Below are positions 1 to 13,000 of a DNA stretch of 64,000 nt, in pieces. Under the pieces are notes generated by a model. The model did not search any database. It saw nothing but the letters and a program-made list of their open reading frames with translations, and was not told where the DNA came from. This DNA comes from Lytechinus pictus (lineage: Eukaryota): NCBI RefSeq assembly GCF_037042905.1, contig NC_087251.1:15626001-15690000 (forward strand). The letters run 5' to 3'. The position numbers and the translations under genes are program-made. Each line of letters begins with the position of its first letter. Position 1 is the first letter of the stretch.

Positions 1-600
1 GTTCATTGACCCTAAATGACCTTTGACCTTGATCATGTGACCTGAAACTTGCACAGGATGTTCAGTAATACTTGATTACTATTATGTCCAAGTTTCATGA
101 ATCAGATCCATAAACTTTCAAAGTTATGATGGTAATTCAACAGATACCCCCAATTCGGCCAAAGTTCATTGACCCCCTAAATGACCTTTGACCTTGGTCA
201 TGTGATGTAAAACTCAAGCAGGATGTTCAGTGATACTTGATTAACCTTATGTATAAGTTTCATGAACTAGGTCCATATATTTTCTAAGTTATGATGACAT
301 TTCAAAAACTTAACCTTAGGTTAAGATTTTGATGTTGATACCCCCAACATGGTCTAAGTTCATTGACCCTAAATGACCTTTGACCTTGGTCATGTGACAT
401 GAAACTCAGGCAGGATGTTTAGTAATACTTGATTAACCTTATGGCCAAGTTTCATGAACTAGGTCCATATACTTTATAAGTTATGCTGTCATTTCAAAAA
501 CTTAACCTCAGGTTAAGATTTGGTGTTGACGCCGCCGCCGCCGTCGCCGTCGGAAAAGCGGCGCCTATAGTCTCACTCTGCTATGCAGGTGAGACAAAAA
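1..600 (-). mobile_element. HINE/DINE-1-like (Helentron-associated) non-autonomous element, family 1; partial, cut by the window edge
   Basis: Near-identical to about 20480-21085; internal ~160-195 bp tandem units (GTTCATTGACCCTAAATGACCTTTGACC...), (GCC)n tract, terminal ATGCAGGTGAGAC followed by A5. Confidence 0.75.
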
Positions 601-646
601 CAGACAGACAGACACCAATAAACAAGCATACTCACTTGTCACAAAT

Positions 647-843
647 TAAAAACTGAAATCAGCAATTGAAATGTTTGAAGAGTGACAACCTTTTCAAAAT
701 GTTGTATATAACCTTGCATTAAGCTGAATTCAACGACTTACATGTAAGTGTTGGATCGGACTAATTACGGTGGAAATGTAACATTTGGAAAAGGTTGTCA
801 CTCCTCCAACCTATCAATTGCTCATTTAACATTTCAGTTTTTA
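647..843. repeat. Imperfect inverted repeat (old MITE-like hairpin)
   Basis: 647-703 pairs with 780-843 (GAGTGACAACCTTTTC / GAAAAGGTTGTCACTC; TAAAAACTGAAAT / ATTTCAGTTTTTA). Confidence 0.7.
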
Positions 844-925
844 GCGTGCATGATAGCAACACTCACAAACAAATAAACCAACAGACATACAACAGACAGA
901 CAGAAAAACAGAAAAGCATACTCAC

Positions 926-1099
926 TTGCAATCATGATGGTCTTTGAATTTCCTCCCAGACTATCCTTGAGAAGCCAGGTAAGTATGGAGTTTCGATAAG
1001 GCACATAGTTTGTCCTGCGTCGAGGACCAGAGAGGGCGTCCCAGTCTTCACTCATTGATAGACTCTCCATGCTAGCAGCCATAGCCGCACTGTCAGCAG
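926..1099 (-). CDS. STARD9: STARD9-like exon 10 (loop-12 insert, [27 protein letters not shown])
   Basis: TGCAG acceptor, GTGAGT donor, 174 nt; phase fits exon 9. Confidence 0.93.
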
Positions 1100-4000
1100 C
1101 TGCATTCAAATAGACAGGATTCAGAGTTGTAAATATCAAAATTAAATGAAAAAAAAATGTTGAATTTATATTGATATCCCTTGACTTTTCAACTTCAGCA
1201 TCCATTTTGACATTATCCTGTTTCTGTAGGTAACATTGACTTACAGTACTCACAGTACTTACAGTACTGTTGAACTGACTGAACCAATGAAAATGAGTAT
1301 CAAGAATATCTGCATTCAAATCAAAATATCAACTATTTTACTAGAGCAGAATTTACATAAATAACGTTCATAGCGTTTATGCAACTTTAAAAATTATTTC
1401 TTGAATGTTGATCAGAAGCAAAAATAACAAAAAAATCCCATCACCTACAACACTAAAAACTGCAAAAGCAACACGCAAGAAACCAAATGGATGTATTTAA
1501 AAACACAACATTATCATTGGCAACAAAACTTCATGATTGATGCAAGACACTTGCCAGTGACAAAAAAAAATTCCATGACAAGTCCAAAACCTTATGCCCC
1601 TTTTTTATTTCTTTAAAATGCTTACTAAACTGCTTACTTTGTTTAAAGTACCCATTATATAAGTGCTTATATAAATTTCTTAAACCTAGTACTGCTATAG
1701 TAGATATAATAATAATATGGATTAATTGTTACATGATGTTGCCATGGATAATAAAGTGGATATATAAATCAATCTTAATTACAAATCAGGAGTATTTAAC
1801 TAGTTCAATCCATTATCATAAATCATATATATGCATGCATGTTGTATTTCCTTAGAATACAACATATATTGCTGCTTAAAAATTAAATATGAAAATACAA
1901 CTGATACCATATATAATTAATTAATTGAGGCATATAATGTAAGTTAATATCATATCAAGTTTATAAATATTATAACCTCCACTGAGAAGCACTGATATGT
2001 TTATTTTGATACAAGTGTATCACTATCAAGTGAATACAAAATTAGACCTGTATATAAGTTACAAATATATGCTACAATATGCTACAATATTTTTCATTAC
2101 ATAAAAAACGGTAAGACACTAAAATAATTTACTGATTCACTTATCTAATTCAGAATAAAAAAGAACAGCTTGTGCCAGTCACATAATAATAGGAAGAATT
2201 AGATCAATAAATAAACCATTTGTAAAGTTTTATATCAATATTGATATATTCATATCAATCAAATTAGTTTAAAGTGAAAAAAAATACTGACAAATATTGG
2301 TGAGAACTCTGAAGTCTGTTATAAGTTCAAACACAAAAAAGTCATTGTTATTGAACTCAGAATGGATGAGATAGCAATTTTGAAAGAATAAAATCAGGAA
2401 ATAAAGACAAAAAGATGGAGCATCAGTTTGAAATTCATAGCTTTAAAAGGTTATGTAAAAATTACAGAGAATAGTGATGTTGGGAACAAGATATTATCTT
2501 TAATAGTAACAGTGATTTCTTTTTTAAAGAAATGCAGAGAATTATTCAAATCAATGCTAATACAAGTCAAAGCATGATGAATAGATTGTGCAGTTGTAAA
2601 ACACAAGATAACACAAATCAAACACTATCAATTCGAAATAGAGGTGGGAGAGTTTTAAAGGAAAAATCAAGAAATGAGATGTACAGAAAGTTGAGGAAGG
2701 TGTGCTCTTATGGTTACTACAAGTAATCCATAGTGTTGCTTGAAAATACAAATTATGTAGAGAGTACATTTATCAAAAAGCTGGTTAATTTGGAATAAGT
2801 TGATTTTCAGGAAAAGCTTCACAACACTCAACATGATTAAACAGTGCACAGCAATATTTTTTTGCAATCCAGTTGTCCCCTTCCAAAAGGCATTTAATAA
2901 TTTTTTTTTTTTTATAAATGAACAAATGAATTTTGATCTCATACATAATTTATCTAAGAGAATTAAAATTTCATATCATTTTTCTCTTTTATTCAAAAGC
3001 AATATACAATCTTAACCAAAGTCATGAAGTGATGAGCCAAAACTAATGTACTTTATTTTCAGCAAACACTGAAAAATCACTAGAGTCATTGTAGACAAAA
3101 ACATATTTGATTATGTACACAAAGAACACACCTTCCATCAGGATCAATATGATCTTTTTTTATCATCACCATATCAACAAAGAGTCATGAGCCTTATCTT
3201 GGTGCAGTACACAGCATAAATACATATCACATTTCATTCTTACAGGCAAAATTAACACTTTTTCAATTCCTAATTGATTTGGAGTAATTTTGACTGCACT
3301 ATGCTTTAACTTAACAAACTTGTAAATTGCAACATATCAAGTGCATTTCACTAGAATTTGGAAAAATAATATCACTAGAATTTTCAGTCTATTAATAAGT
3401 GTATATTTTATCCAAAGTATTTGGAATATATACAAAATGTATGTAAACTAATTCTTTTTTTTTTTTGTATAATGTATTCCAGGTGCAGAGAATATATACA
3501 TGTACGTATATGTGTTCATTATATCTACAAAATATAATTGAATATAAATATAGCTTATTTTATGTGCTCTCTAACATTTTTTAAGCTGTGTACAGACCCA
3601 GAAGTTGCCATGCAACAAATTGCTGTGCACTGTGAATACAATTTTATTAAAAGGTCAATAAAAAGTGGTCAATTCAAAAGCAAGAAAGGTCATGATTTCT
3701 TGTTAAGCTGTCAGACCAAAACACACACAGATGCAAAAATATTGGATTCTGTCCTCAAATTGATTGACCTTGTAAAGAATCTTCAAGCAAATCAGTGGAA
3801 ACCACATATCATTTTGAGGGGAAAAAGGAAAAGAAACTGAAGTTAGTGATGCACATTTAGAAATTGTGCTTGTCCAAATTCACAAGATTTGTTATGTGTG
3901 TATGCTCCAGTACCAGGACTTAAAATACATACTTATGCATCTGCATGAGCAAGTCTTGATAATAGAAGCTCAATGGTGAAATCATAGTGGAAGTATTAGA

Positions 4001-7000
4001 GAAAAAAACAACTGGCGGAGAAAGCTTACCAGAATCTAGCATTTCATCTCCTGTTGTATACATAAACATTGCACATAGATAAAAATATGATTTGATGAAT
4101 GTTGGAAACATAAAAACACAGGTCCGCATTGCATAAACATTATTATTAAATGTAAATCTACCATCCATAACTAAAGTACACCATGGTATGTAGCATATCA
4201 ATGAAATGTGATTATTTTGGCTTGAAGGACCAACTGTTAAAATTGCCATCAAATGATTGGATTCAGGGTTCAGTTAAATTCAAGGCTTCCATGGGGGTTA
4301 TCATTAATGGCAAAATTACCAGAATGCTAGTTTTATCCAATGCGGCCTTTGTCAATTTTTTTTGCAAGAGTTTTCAATGCATCTATTATAGTTCAAAGAT
4401 AAAACAATACATAACAGTAACACAGAATGATATTCATCTATCTATTCAAAAGTCAATGATAGGTTTTGAAGAAATAAAAAGAATTCTGTATGATATGGAC
4501 TTCCTGAAGTTCTTACATTTCCAAACCAGACCAGAAACATAGATCTGTCCTACGATTCAAATCAATCCAAGTCTGTTTATCAATCCCTTTATACTAATCA
4601 CGAAATCATATTTGGCACCTTAATAGAAATCAGAACCATGTTAGTCTTTTAACAATAATTCTGCTCACCATTCATTTCAAATCCTCCCCTTTCACTTTAC
4701 AAAAAAAACAATAGGGAATGATTGGAGTGAAAGATGCGGAGTGGGACTCTGGCCATAAAACCCAGCACAGACTTTTGGTAGAAATGGTAGACAGAATAGA
4801 GTATCTTTTGTACCATTTCGAGTCTTAGCAATGTATGCAAAAGGACTGGACAAAATATCTAGCCTGGAATTGACATTTACTCATGAAATTAGCAATGAAT
4901 TTCTTTTTTTAAATCTAAGACCCTTAAACTTTGAGAATGTTAGGAATTAAAAATTTCCTTTAATGTAAAAAAGTAAATTTGCAAATCTAGGATTTTTTAA
5001 ACAATTCTTTGAGGAATTTATTAAAAAGAAAATCTCCATTGTCTACTAGTCTGGTTTGAGGGAAAAAAGAAAGAAACATGATGAAGCTACAAATAAAAAG
5101 ATTTTATGTGACCAAATCTACAACATCTTAGCAAATGTCAGCATCACATACTTTGACTTCTGAATATTATAACATGTAGAAGGGATGATTCTGAGACAAT
5201 AATTATTTATACTTTTGATATGGACTTCACAAACGGTAAAATAAAAAATTGGTTTCTTCTGATTACAAAAATGTCAAATGAACTTTTGCTGACAGTTGCC
5301 CATTATTGCTGGATCAGGTCACATATGATTGAATGTAATAAAACTGGCTGAGTTGACCACAAAGATAGGATATAAGTTAGAAAAAGGGAGCAGGATGTAC
5401 ATGTGATAATGAGAGTAGTAATATGTTTGTCTTTATGCAAGAATACAGTAATACCTCTCTTATGCCTAGATGTCAACCAAGTCTCTGGAAGAGATTTGGA
5501 TAGATCCACATGGGGTCCTGTAAGGGGAATTATTTGTAATTTTGGGTGATTCTCATGAAATTCTGTCACTTCGTAACCTAAAAGGCAGTAACATTTTGTT
5601 TCAATTTTATTCAATGACTTCACATCATTCTAACACCAAACTGGTAGAGGATACTATGTCAGAATTAAAATTGTGAAATCAACCAATCAATATTTGACAT
5701 TCATTAGAAAAAAATAATAATAGAATTAATAAAGGTTCTGAAAACTATAATGATTTGTTTGGAAAATTATTCACTTAGGGGGCTTAAACAAATCTGTAAT
5801 AATCTGTTATCGGTAAAATCTGTAAGAAAGGTACTTCAATTACCTTTCCATTGAACAATTACTTTTAGAAGCTTTTGTTGATTTGTGACTTAAAAGTCAA
5901 AGTGATATTAATTACAGTACACTCCCTCATTCAATCGTCACGTACGTGCATAGCGCCAACTTAATGTGTTCCGCCATCTTGCTTGTTGGTTGCCGATAAA
6001 ATGCGCATTTTCAGATTTTTTAACGCTCAGTTATTACCCATGACTGAAACATTGACCAATCAAAAACTAAGATTCTATAAGAAATATGAATATTCATATA
6101 CGAAAGTATAAACATAGATAATTCAATTTTATGTGAAATTTATACCCAATACTTCAAAATATGGTTAGTTTTATGTCTCTAAAATGACCCTTAAAACCAG
6201 AATTTTATTACTAAAAAATAAAGGTTTTCCCAAGTTGCCATGGTAACGCGGTCTGAGATATAAAAGCTTAGCAAACACTTCATTTCAGTGATCGAGGATG
6301 TATTTGTTTACGGTATACGTCTACATAAATTATAACATTTTTTTCCAGACCATGGATGAACTTTCAAAAAGAGACATTTTAGGCAATTTTTTACGATTTC
6401 CGGCAATTTTCTGACACAGGCACCTTGAAGAGGTAATTTTTACAGAATTAGAAGAAGACATCATGGATTTTCCTAATTATCACGACGGATATGCAACTTA
6501 CTTGTAAACAAATCAAACAAAGTCTATGATACATTTTCGATAATGCAAAAAGAGACATTCAAGTCTCTGATTGAGAGCCGCAGATTGAACATTCGCACGG
6601 CGCAATGGTAGCGTTTTCGCCGAATTCGTCGGGGCGAAAACTCCAAGCGAGCCGTACCACTCACCAGTCCCGAACGCTGCGCTGTATGTTTGATGATTTA
6701 TCTGGTGCCATTTCGTGCTTATAAATTAGTTTTTTCTACAATGCCACTATCTCATTAAAATTGTTTGTCATGATAACATTGGAAATATTATCGTTTAATG
6801 GCCCAAAGGATCGACTGTAATAAAATATACTTTGAAATATTGTCAGAGAGTGATTAGTTAGGTGATGTTTATGGTCAGAATTTAGTCATGGCTTCGGTCG
6901 AACTTACGCGAACGCGGTCACTTGCTCACGGGGCGAGTCGGCCTGGCCCTTTGGTGGAAGGCCGTTAGGCAACGTGCAGTGCAGCTAGAGCAGAGTTGGG

Positions 7001-10000
7001 GAGTTATAGGTATAAAAACACTTTGAAATAAGTAATCTGCAAATATTTTTGTCTTATCCCTTTGGATTACTTAGATAAGAAATTCAAATTCTCAAAGTTT
7101 AAATCAAATTTTAGACAGTGACATCAAAGAGTGTATGGGGGGGGGGGTGGGTCTTGCATGCCCCCAATTCACGAACAAGAAAAAAAAAGGAAAAGGTAAG
7201 AGAATCTTGCGAAATTGTTCAATTGGATTTTTGTAACCAAAAGTCAAAATTATGCTTATGTCGCTTGCTTGCAACTATATATTTTATAAATTTTGCCTGA
7301 TACGCCATATCGTAGTACCCTCAATTATTTTCACTTGTTACGCCACTGACATGACTGATATAACATCTACTAGTTTATGATAACATTATTTGGTTGCGGG
7401 ATCAAAGCATCAGCTATATAGCTAAACATTTATACTTTATGCCTGTTCAACTTCCAATACAGGTTTAGGCCTGTATTTATGAGATGTTAAGATCTATGGG
7501 TGCCTTTATTATTTTCATTTTCAATTAAAACAATTATTAATTATGTATTAATTTAGTATTAACCTCGATGATACATTTTATTGTGTTAAATCGTACAATT
7601 TCTGTTGTATTAACCCCCTTATTAAGCCCTTTTAAAAACATGCTCACTAGCAGATCCCCCCCCCCCATATATAAAGACAATAGAAGTGTATATAGAATTA
7701 ATTGACCCCCCCCCCCCTATTGAGGACAAAATGAAATAAAATACTCAAAATAATCGACCGCCCCCCCCCCCCCTTTGACGAGGCTGCTGTCGGTGGCCTG
7801 ATGTCTTCATTGACTTCTTTTTGCTTGTAAAAATAATATTAAAGAAGTAGGGGCTACCGGTACTCTAAGTGTCCCCTATGAAAATTGATTTGGATCTGCA
7901 AGTGCATGAGGCTGCGCCCCCTCCAACGTCATAGCTACCCCATATCTTTAGGTTCTAGCTCTCATATTTTTCAGCTCCCTGATTTTTTGGAAAAAAAAAA
8001 CGAGGCGAAAGAAAAGAGTGAAATAAATGAAATACGATTAATCAAAATTTGAGTTGTTTGAAAGAATTATACTTATCAGAGAAACTAAATTAAATTCTAC
8101 AACCATGAAGAATAACAGCAATCTTGATAAATTCTTTTTTTTTTCAAAATCAGAACCAATCAACCTTTTTCTGATTATTCTGTCACTTTCCAAATTTTGG
8201 AGAAAAAAATAAAAGTGTTCATCGACGCCCTGTACTGCATGATGAAACTGTATCCCCACTCGGCCCTCGTAACCCCCCCCCCTCTCTCTCTCTCTCCCCC
8301 CCCCCCCACAATGCCCCTTGCTCATTTCTCTTATCTCACCTTGACCTTAATTAATTAATCTTAACTATTTGGCGGTACAGTCAAACGTGACTGGTCGCCA
8401 TCATAGTTTCATCCCCAACAAACAAGGAACAAACAATAACAATTCTGTTTTTCGACACAACATCATTCCTTTCAATACGCGTAAGGCTATACGTGGGCAT
8501 GCACAAACAACGTGGGTTAACAAAAACTGACCCGCGTTTGGACTGAAATTGTGATTAAAATAAAAATGTTATAAATATGAAAAAAATATGTGTATAATGA
8601 AGGAGATTTGAAAAACGGAAAAACATCAATCGCTAATTCATAAAAATGCTGGAAAAGATTTGACAGAGGTTTTTAACAACGGTAATCAAGGGGAATTAGT
8701 GTATGGGTGAATGGCGTTCGAGTTTTAGCCGAGCGTTAGCCGGTGAGGGCGCGGGCCAAATCTGCCTGAATCTGGCAATATGGCGGCGTCCATTAAGCTG
8801 ACGTTAGCCAGCGGCGACTGCACGTACGTGTCGTCTATTGAAGAGCACTAACTCAGTCTACATATCTGAAGGAAAAGTTAATACATTTGAAGGATAGGTA
8901 ATTGGAGCCATTTCCCGCTAAAAGTGATTTTCATTTCTCATCGGAGAATAACATTTATTTGTTGAAGTTACACAATATTTGCTTTCACTGTTGTGGAAAA
9001 AATTAATAAATAATTTGAAGAATGTATAATTGGAGCCATTTCCCGCCAATTTTAAATTGTCATTTTTCTTTTGCTCATCGGAGTGTAGTGTTTGATGAAG
9101 AACACAATGTTTGCTCTCACTGTTCCAGTACTGTCATATCGACAAATAACTATCCTCATTTTCTCATGATTCTATTAACCTTTAATTATCAATGTTTAAC
9201 CACTCTAAAATTTACCAATCTACACTCCAGTGATTACAGGTGTGAACAATTGTAGCTTGGTTTGTTTTGTAAAGAACCACAGATTTTCCCATAACCTTTT
9301 TTTTATTATCTATTTCTTTTCTCCTAATCGTTATCGAAGGTATCCCTCTTCAAACACAAGGGTTGAGATTAAAAGCTACACCACTGTCCAGGTTTTTTTC
9401 TCCAGGGACTTTTTAGTGGTGGATTTGCACATGGAAAGTTTGTCTCTCAATACAAGTACATCTCTAAGAGCATAAGGACTATCTTACATGAGTGATATGC
9501 GCTATATGAGTTATTATCTCTCAAAAGAATGCTGTAATGGTACTCTTGAAATTGTACTTATTTTGCAAATGTAATTAAAAAGTTCGAGTTTTTATAAATC
9601 TACTTAAATCATCCTTTAGCTGAACAGGGTGAAGTCAGTCATGAAAAGAAAATACATCTCTGTTGATCTTGATTACAAAAAGTATGCAAAGGATATAATG
9701 CCATAATTTACCATTAGGTTTAATTAATCTGAAGTTCCTAAACTAATATTGACTCTTGGGGCAATAAAAGCCAATTTTGTACCTACCTAGTGCTTGTATA
9801 CAGTTGCCCAGGGTTACAAGCGATTTGTTGATATTGGCGCCCTCTTGCAATCTGTCTTTGCTAGTGTTGATCGATGCCCGTTCACTAAAGGAAGGAAGAA
9901 ATAGAGATTGAGTAAACACATAATGAGGTAGAATCATAAAAAAGAAGAGATCATTTGATACTCCTTTATGAGGAGAGACAAACAATGGGGAAACTAAAAA

Positions 10001-13000
10001 TGAAGAAAGAGATATTGAAATAAGAGAAGGGGAAGGGAGAGAAAAAAAAGACATTAGACAGTGAGAGACAAAGAAATAAAAGAGGGAATAGAGAAATACA
10101 GTGATCAAGAAATAGATAAAGACTGCTAGATAGTGAAAGAAATTCAATAACAAATTTTCAAAGCAACTTGAATGAACTTTTGATATTTTAAAGTAGACAG
10201 AAAAATGAAAAGATAAGAACCAAGAAAAGATGAGAGTAGGTTGCTATTGAAGAGACATGGACAAAGTAAAAACATTTTTTCAAATAGTTTACTCTTCTTA
10301 TCCTGACTTTTTTTTAATAAATATCTGTCTCCAATCAGGAATGTTCAAATGTTATTCGCATTGTCTTTTTTTTTCATTGTACTGTATTATTTTTATCATT
10401 AATGGTTTATTCTTTCTTCTTGGATGTTACATTTTGTTTATTTTGTTATATTTTGTGAGATATGAAATAAAAAAAAACTCAACTGAACTGAAATGAAAAC
10501 ATTCTTTAAGATGAATAGTGGAAGGAAAGAAAGAGGGACTAAGGGAGGAAGCAAAAGAGGACAAGTAATATGACATCAGTACTACACTGTTGCATCAGGG
10601 TGACACAACATCATTAATTTCATCATGCAATGACCTAATTACATAACCTCATTTCTAAATCCCCAATCAATTTCTGCCTTAAACTGAGCCAACATGAAGG
10701 TACTGGTCATGCTTCAAGCTTTTAATATAATGCACTTCCACATTTGGAGATATTTAGTTTTGCACTATATATCACCTTCTACAGCGTTAATATTATGGTT
10801 TTTTTTACCAAACATAAAAAATGGAGAATTTGCGCAAGCATTCATTATCTACGCGGACAGATATAATGAGAGCATGCAAGGTTATATGGACAGAAAGGAA
10901 AAAAGACAACATCAAAGCATTTAGTAGTCCCTAAAATAACACTGTGCAAGAGCAATGAAAATAATATTTTGTGTGTAGACTGACTTCATATTCGGTATTT
11001 ATTCAGGCAGTATTTTTGTGACAATGAACAGAGGCATTTATCAAATGCATTGCTTTCAAAAGTAGATGAGCATTCAGGGATGTAGATATTTAGTTTCCAG
11101 GGGGATATATTATCATATCATTGTTATTCAAGATGCGAGTGGGTAGATCTTTGAAGTCACAAAAATACTCTTGGTTTCTGTCTGAACATAATCAAAGTTG
11201 CCTTAAAAAAGATCATATTTTAACATCTTACAATTTTCATATTTCATGCAATATTCTATTGATTATAAGAAAATTTTGTGGGATGGACTTAATGGTATCA
11301 TATAGATAATAATAATAGACTATGTACCAAATATCTAGACAGACATATCAATATTTTGTTGCATCATGAAGTTTTATTTCCATATTTCCTTTAAAATAAT
11401 TGAATTTCTGCCATGTTAGACAAGAAGCTAAAGTAAAAGTGTTCATTATCATTGACAGATAAAACACATTTATGATCTATTGACAACTTCAGGTAATATC
11501 TTAAGTGAAACTCTCAATAAAAAATAACTCTAATTTCAACTTTGATAGAATATCAAGAGCGCATCTCAAAATGTAAATTCAGCCAATCATATTTATGTTA
11601 AAATATTAATGCTCATCTCTTGTTAAACTATCAAAATGAATATTGGTTGGAAATAGATTACACAGTGTCAAATAGTCAGCTATAAAACCTATGATGAATT
11701 TGATTCTTCTCGGATTTTTACTTTCATCCCAAACTAAATCCCGAAGATTGCTTTTAATGTGAAATAGAGTATTTTCATGTAATAAGAGCATATACTACGA
11801 CCTTGGATGAAGTTGTCTCAATACACATCATTCTTCATGCACTTCATGCCAGACTGCCTCCCCATTCACGGGAGTACAATCATGCTCCACCAAGCGTGAA
11901 TTTCATTCATACTTAATAGCTAGAATGTACACCTTTTGTGGTGTTAAGTGCCTACGTTATATCATAATAGACCAAGCACAAACACCTTTTCATATTTCAT
12001 GGTTCAAATGTTAAAATTTAGGGGTAGGGATTCCTTCAATCAGGTGCCATGCTGCATCTCCATCTTTATAGCATATACATTTAAACATATTTAATATGCT
12101 ATTCCAAAAGTGTGCTCTATCCAATGCATGTATCAATGGATTAACATTAAGCCATATCCTAAAATTGTACAGTAATCCACAGTACCAGTCATGAAACTAT
12201 GAAAATATGTAGCTGTTCTTTATTATGTTTGTTTTATTATGCATTTGTTTCAGCATAGCACACTTCCTCTGATTCGCTTAATGAGGTATACATATTTTTC
12301 CTTTATAATAAATGGATGAATAGCTCATTTTGTAAAAGATCGTGCCCATTTAAATTGCATGACGCTATTAGTATTCAGAGGATTTCACACAACTATAAGA
12401 TGATTTTACTTTTAGGCAGTAGACCTAAATTTAAACAAATTGAATAGAATTGAAATACAAATGAGGTTTGGGTGCTAATAGAATGGTATACTAAATAGGA
12501 CTTAATAACAGAACATTTTAAAAGAATACAAAGAGCTCAAAGAGCCTACAAAGTGTCCAGTTAATTGGGTCTTCAATGCAAATCATCTCAAGCAACTTCC
12601 AGTCAGGATAGTTTGCGGGATCAGAATTAGCACTATGATTTTCAAAGTTGGGGTAAATAGACGGGTGTACAGCCCTGCTTGGCACAAAATGAAGCAAGTG
12701 ACATATTGTCTGAAACTGATTTTGTAATATGTTTACACTAAACAAATAAAGTTCTTCTCCTGGACCAAATTTCATAGCTGCTCAACCATCATTCTAATGT
12801 ATTGGTGTCGATAAATCTCAAACACATTTTGCTCTTTTACATGAAATTACACATTTTTTACTTGCTTATTGTTGTCAATGTAAAGCAGCATAATGGCTTG
12901 ATATCCTTACCTTCCAGCTAAATCCACCAGGTTGATCTTACTCACAATCTCACTTGGAATCCCGTGAGACATCTTAGCCTATAACATAGATACAAAACGA

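Noticed and set aside
1..600. Regularly spaced repeats resembling a CRISPR array (also 20119-21085 and 61940-63160)
   Set aside because: The whole 130-195 bp units are homologous, so there are no unique spacers. The context is a eukaryotic intron, there are no cas genes, and the arrays are internal to HINE-like elements.
834..1319. 161-aa single-exon ORF
   Set aside because: Only 926-1099 is exon; the remainder is intron read-through.
3950..5640. Possible LINE endonuclease/RT remnant (ETWL...RGITVFL peptide in ORF 5303-5623)
   Set aside because: The resemblance is limited to a few residues and is too degenerate to support without a profile search.
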